This document shows positions 61,201 through 64,000 of a stretch of DNA of 64,000 nucleotides, in pieces (position 1 is the stretch's first letter; every line of letters begins with the position of its first letter). The notes below the pieces were generated by a model that saw only the letters and a list, made by a program, of their open reading frames with translations, did not search any database and was not told where the DNA came from. Made by a program: the position numbers and the translations under genes. The stretch is taken from assembly GCA_040217195.1 (NCBI GenBank), contig JAVJNR010000005.1, positions 480,001-544,000 on the forward strand, in the 5' to 3' direction. The DNA is from Leptospiraceae bacterium (GTDB lineage: Bacteria > Spirochaetota > Leptospiria > Leptospirales > Leptonemataceae).

Positions 61201-64000
61201 ATAAAGATACGGAGTATTCGCATATTCCTGGACTCGACTTCTAGTATCCAGTTCTTGCTGCGATGCATTCACCTTCTCGAAAAGGCCTGACATCTGATCC
61301 AGGGTGGAGGTATGGTCTTCCATAGCCTCCTGATACCTATCCCGCAGTTCATTGGCCTGCTCTTCTGCCTGCTCGTAGTCCGTTCGGGCTTCTTCATAGT
61401 CCTGTTCGACGGCTACCATAACAGTATTGAAATAGTCCCTCACTGCTCGATCCTGAGACTCCTGTCTTCTGCCGGCCTGAGCATATTCCTTCTGGGCCTT
61501 GCTCCTTGCAGAGAGGGCACTTTGATAAACCTGCTCCGCATTGACCCGATCCTGGGTAAGTCCATCAATCTGGCCTGTGAGAGCTGCATCCCTGACTTCC
61601 AGAGCATTCTTCAGATCCGCAACGTTTTCTTCGTTCTCCAGCAGGGTTTTAAGCTCTTCGTAATCCAGGTTCTCAAAATTATCTGAATTAATGGCCGCAG
61701 TCTCGTCGCCCGCCTCCAGATTCTCTTCGGATTCCACAAGCGCCTCAACGATTGCATCGCTCATCTCCGTTTCCAGAAGTGCATCCTGTTGGTCCTGTGT
61801 TGCCTGTGCCTGACCCAATACAGTTCTCAATGCATTGTGCAATTCGGATACATGGTCCAGGTAGTTGTTCGCCAGGTTCGCATAGTACACACGCTTCATA
61901 TCTTCCAGGCTTTCTACCTCACGACCGTTGTAAGGCATTACAGCCCGGATTGCCGGAGACCGGACTTCCAGGTCTGTGTCTTCACCGTTTTCCCAGATAC
62001 GACTATCGTCTACTGTCTCTGGATCCGCGCCCTGGGAAGGTGGATCGCTGGCAAGGATCTCCTCCCAACCATCCGAATCAAACAGGTTGTCCATGTTTCG
62101 GCCCTGAAGATCTACTTCTTCTACTTCAATGACAGCCGTTCCGGTCAGGTCTGCGAATTGCTGGAACTCCGTATAATCTTCCGGCTGCCCAACCGTAAGA
62201 CTGAGATGATCGGGCAATCCATCTTCAGCCGCAGCATCCCAGGAAGACTCTGCACGAATTTCTGGAGGACCCAGTCCATCTTTTGGAATCCAAACCGTTT
62301 CGCCGGCAGCCACCTTTTCCGTAATAGCGTCCAGAATTGGTCGGTCATTTCCTTCCAGATCCACAAAGATTCCAGGATTGTAGCTGCGCAGATAGTCGCG
62401 ATAGGAATTCAGCTGAGACTGACGTTCGGCCCCCACATAGGTTCTATAGTTCACAAAGCGATTCACTGTAAGATTTTCTTCGCCGTTGGAATCTGTAATC
62501 GATCCCCGAAGATCCGCAAACTCCGAAAGCCTGCTTGCAATCTTAAAATCTCTATCCGCCTGCCTGGCCAGACTCTCCAGTGCTTTGGTATCACTTCGAA
62601 GGTAGCCTCCCATGATCTCCATAATAAATGCAGAACCTTTGCCGGATTCGTCCAGACGCTCCTGCATTAAATCCACGCCACTTGTGGTTCCGGAGGACAG
62701 ATCCACTCGCAGGCGATTCTGTTTACCCTGACTGTTCTCAATCAGGGAATCCAGTTCGTCGCGCTTCGCATCGCTGATTGCATATTCGCCCATATAGGTT
62801 CGCCACAGAGATGCCTGATCCAGTATCCCCGCTTTGAACTGCGGGCCAAGACGGGAAATAAGATACTGAATTCCGTCCGCCACATCGGCACTGGAGAGTA
62901 TAGCTGGCAATCCTCCAGAAAGAGCTGCCTCATCCCCGCTTTCGAGAATGGCAGAAATCAAAGCTCGCCCCAGAGCCTGACGATTCTCTTTGAGAAGTTC
63001 AAAGTCCGCATCGCTCAACCTCTGAGAGAAATATCCCAGAGCCATGGAACTCATAGCCGGGATGGTTCCGGACTGAGCCAGATTCTGCATGGCCGAATGA
63101 TTCAGTGAGGTGGCTGCCTTATCGCTTCGTAGCTGAAGTTCTTCAGTTAAAAGCTCATCCTCATGCAGCACAGTCTTCAGTTCATCAAAGTCAGATTTCT
63201 CTTCAGCGCTGAGACTGTTGTAGAAATCGCTGTTTGCTCCGGAAGCTTTTTCAAGCAGACTCTGGACCAGATCGCCTCTCTGATTCAAATAATACGTAAA
63301 CAGCGGACTATCTTTGAAATCTGGATTTCCTTCCAGAGCCTGAGACACAGCGCCGCTAAGAGCATTTAGATCCCCCCCATGATCTTCTAAGAAGGCCTGA
63401 TGAATGAGCAGATCTCCCTCGGTGGGAAAGAAGTCCTCTGTAATGGCAGCTCTTTCTGTTTCTACGATAGCTGTCTGTAGATCGGCTCCGCCCACACTCT
63501 GATACGCAATATCCTGATTAATGTAGGATCGCACAAAACTCAGGGCCGGTTCGTTTAGGTGTTCGTAGCCAGTATCGGCCAGAATGCGATCCGTCAGTAG
63601 ACTATTCGCTAACTCGGATTTGCCATAGGTAATATCTGATACCGGGTGTCCGCCGGTTTCGAGAAGTGCAAGGATCTCTACAAAGTTCTCTTCGCCTCCC
63701 GAATCCGCCTGCGAAGAATCTGTAAGGGCCTCAGCCATAGCCAGATAATCCGAATGATTGGCCAGTATGTCTGCGAATTCATCTGGCAGCACATTGAATT
63801 CATCTGGCACAGGATCGTTTAATTCACCGTCCAGGAACCTCTGATACAGGGCTCCCGGAAGAAGAGAGTTCGCCTCCAGCTCCTGTCGCTGAATCTCAAA
63901 ACCCAGGTCTTCTAGGTAGGCTGTTTCATCTGTAGAGGCGATTCTCTCTCGCAGGCTTTTTCCATTTACGGAATAGGCCGGATCATCCAGAAACTGCTGG
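55252..64000 (-). CDS. Giant (>2,900 aa) Leptospiraceae-type protein, 5' end outside window; acidic coiled-coil body with Gly/Ala-rich hydrophobic and basic C-terminal region
   Basis: The frame stays open from 63810 to the window end (checked by hand: QQFLDDPAYSVNGKS...). It has long E/D/Q-rich helical regions, a periodic Trp coiled-coil (KESWKAREE...LWEQRM...QW...RW...RW...AW) and C-terminal GxxxG segments. Confidence 0.8.
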   Translation of the reverse strand, partial: QQFLDDPAYSVNGKSLRERIASTDETAYLEDLGFEIQRQELEANSLLPGALYQRFLDGELNDPVPDEFNVLPDEFADILANHSDYLAMAEALTDSSQADSGGEENFVEILALLETGGHPVSDITYGKSELANSLLTDRILADTGYEHLNEPALSFVRSYINQDIAYQSVGGADLQTAIVETERAAITEDFFPTEGDLLIHQAFLEDHGGDLNALSGAVSQALEGNPDFKDSPLFTYYLNQRGDLVQSLLEKASGANSDFYNSLSAEEKSDFDELKTVLHEDELLTEELQLRSDKAATSLNHSAMQNLAQSGTIPAMSSMALGYFSQRLSDADFELLKENRQALGRALISAILESGDEAALSGGLPAILSSADVADGIQYLISRLGPQFKAGILDQASLWRTYMGEYAISDAKRDELDSLIENSQGKQNRLRVDLSSGTTSGVDLMQERLDESGKGSAFIMEIMGGYLRSDTKALESLARQADRDFKIASRLSEFADLRGSITDSNGEENLTVNRFVNYRTYVGAERQSQLNSYRDYLRSYNPGIFVDLEGNDRPILDAITEKVAAGETVWIPKDGLGPPEIRAESSWDAAAEDGLPDHLSLTVGQPEDYTEFQQFADLTGTAVIEVEEVDLQGRNMDNLFDSDGWEEILASDPPSQGADPETVDDSRIWENGEDTDLEVRSPAIRAVMPYNGREVESLEDMKRVYYANLANNYLDHVSELHNALRTVLGQAQATQDQQDALLETEMSDAIVEALVESEENLEAGDETAAINSDNFENLDYEELKTLLENEENVADLKNALEVRDAALTGQIDGLTQDRVNAEQVYQSALSARSKAQKEYAQAGRRQESQDRAVRDYFNTVMVAVEQDYEEARTDYEQAEEQANELRDRYQEAMEDHTSTLDQMSGLFEKVNASQQELDTRSRVQEYANTPYLYASADSSVANGYGSSNTEYSAEGGIEEAGDESEEVSGESIDAYELHSEDADEAFERALAAYNSTQRQFKEAGFDVLLQDDLDDFSRVAQLRKDGNDLLDDELEEEDQERLTELQESKHSDFEGHQPYEVIRELFGQLSIEQLQEIAELGADPDDWELSDGLEQYREELEEIHGFNPGFLDSDDEEDAPEWQIAEEAELYLLTLRDLNERYGELIDARAEYIFHTQRTVRLEKAATLVQAEIDKRKAVVQKAKARFQEKLNQNFGDMTGPGSDGERKNARDFVYRMISNELPPLDPDGDSEVVVNLGAEYSSWFYGAGTVAREINRSIWGGNLDPTQYQWSSMQQLVAATGLSRWESKSAKEREAIRTWMKAGGATALGYENYVPVHMNWLQSLGHLDRAIKENQITRSIWLPVLYKSATEAVLGAFVGSSHSVAVYRQAAKMLSQGEARLVLQQINSVVASLNVGRVGDNTKVAEVRRAELRYQRAQANLDYLTKAPNLRIMKKRLRDFGNVLGYEITEGELNYLYDSDPNQASLNPDDQDDALNISKLSEQAKCFGSTGRRHSCDSTNSKEGGLHENDLTGDGVQVIQPNVQINLESQATQRPEISAEAETEEVYNLGRLLSSMVRHGNALRSEAKSQYIEKGRTAEPQFALSERSRTIHKLLKWASGSGIIATGKSHGGREFQGFRTVFQDQLENAKSIQQRELEQRSKLQKESWKAREESLKHTKELWEQRMETIMDRGQDQWATAENAFLARWHDARSEEEQRIRVAEDRWNTRIENHHAEKAAWENRLRKELAKKTIRENLGAEIDELNAQIRSHRSSLKSDLPTIDRAATINDAVEEVSRQSLNRESLESINESIERFDSNVKLQMESRGLGAPDTFDLMKDFRQELDHHNNRMKVLARIQVLEEYRNLIDKFVESIQKRNKSYRNRTESAALSSGFVRMDGVFLKKGLGGRNVGLVNPVNPFDIQGKADRFKADSEIFSSRPEFRTLMNSVSKPEFDAILHTEKLKAQNWMQGIAGSTREKVSRARSRDCDVLGDFGCWMGRAPDGKASLMADQMAGKDVSSYHAANQHSGVTAMIHQFAGGLGELGGESRPGQPGIPGFYLQMKFMNEQVSRKSSENIAKRGPFIDPITGAMNKAQLGSVQAYHDLEVGTRVYGRNRGKLIRAGGLVLGATAVQAGAIYLDGGASLGLYSAGAGILTAGIKADVRTGRSTYEFTTGDLVARASEMGSSLVPKGWAQVASALGAGIGAARAEYQRGNHDGRALGKGILSGLTSYGISAAASGNQMTGSKPLIQGSENGFGTGFRNSILNSMTGSLVDSTWELGRRSLGLDHSYNASVSPGLKSWTSIVGGALNAGLGQELKAQANRDKEKRLRKAWKEAKRTRDESGKQTVLDIFLGATRDEEKARKLARRFNEAYGKASVRKAIKVRSRQLGRSSREGKLSSAADVAAAEIVKHGDRNIQEECYIEIDRLSQAAGMSVAEATELVIRKYGGDPTRVLSEQNLQNLGAMDKEWSDLMTGPAPDTVGRQPGPWETFGAIQSGIKEGGDSVGVDSSHPLARIVRAKQMHKHYGAKKTEFLYQGTNIYAPAKVGQSHAYQLKERMRDRLRKSMNKRFGKGSYQEYLIYRKHMQEALDRYDLGEGFQAHGFKDRFKGTERFLKYWLREGIQRTKYLVNDKSWDQITREQKAFEARLDQKAADRKERLRAKIATVLKGNGLETGAILGAEIQTRYKRGMVHYEIAEMVTTELITLGAMKAFTAGKLAYRGYKAARLGSNAHKLRLGMGAFNKFRKSSMAARIGSTAPGRAILNKVYRNKYTLNSMAINGATSGAAKIPLDMTVASMQGEEYTLSDAYSSFGQGFFTGAGSSAIGGTRLLNDTGKIIGNGAFLGLNEIYQTMPEHGWGMGSERFTRTLIQAGFGMGSQALGIYGTRGSAPLTRFEYSYKGRQANDWLQGTVTPMPFDLANDAFWEVAWPRIQ

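Noticed and set aside
56671..62670. Long plus-strand ORFs (233 aa and 293 aa)
   Set aside because: Antisense shadows of the giant ORF.
55252..64000. Intein/HINT or RHS core in the giant protein
   Set aside because: No CF..GT...HN splicing motifs, YD repeats or DPxG cleavage motif were seen in the visible part.

Overview
Bacterial chromosomal window, most likely from a Leptospiraceae-type spirochete. The taxonomic call is an inference from a Leptospira-style 7TM-HAMP-SpoIIE protein with the MGKSIQGAGGA motif, a TIGR04452-like lipoprotein and a giant Leptospira-like coiled-coil protein. The first ~25 kb is mixed housekeeping and accessory content: a CASTOR/POLLUX-like channel, M20 amidohydrolase, a GT4-metallophosphoesterase-nucleotidyltransferase operon, msrA, hslVU, alaS, yajQ, an MscS channel and two decayed gene remnants. 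The 25.5-35.4 kb segment looks like a self-contained sigma54 module. It holds a membrane-anchored 7TM-HAMP enhancer-binding protein, two divergent intergenic regions that each carry two outward-facing -24/-12 promoters and the same two-site enhancer-like motif, and these cargo genes: a beta-barrel outer-membrane protein, a paralogous 7TM-HAMP-PP2C sensor, a bile acid:Na+ symporter, a DUF3089 hydrolase lipoprotein and an extracellular mcl-PHA depolymerase. The 36.8-54.2 kb segment is a translationally coupled fatty-acid synthesis operon (single-chain type I FAS, AcpS PPTase and single-chain BC-BCCP-CT acyl-CoA carboxylase) with an upstream AraC regulator and tandem operator-like repeats. The window ends inside a >2,900-aa protein whose 3' end overlaps a small 2-TM gene, a polymorphic toxin/immunity-like arrangement. 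No rRNA, tRNA, CRISPR array or transposase was recognised. All family assignments come from motif recognition by eye; no searches were run.
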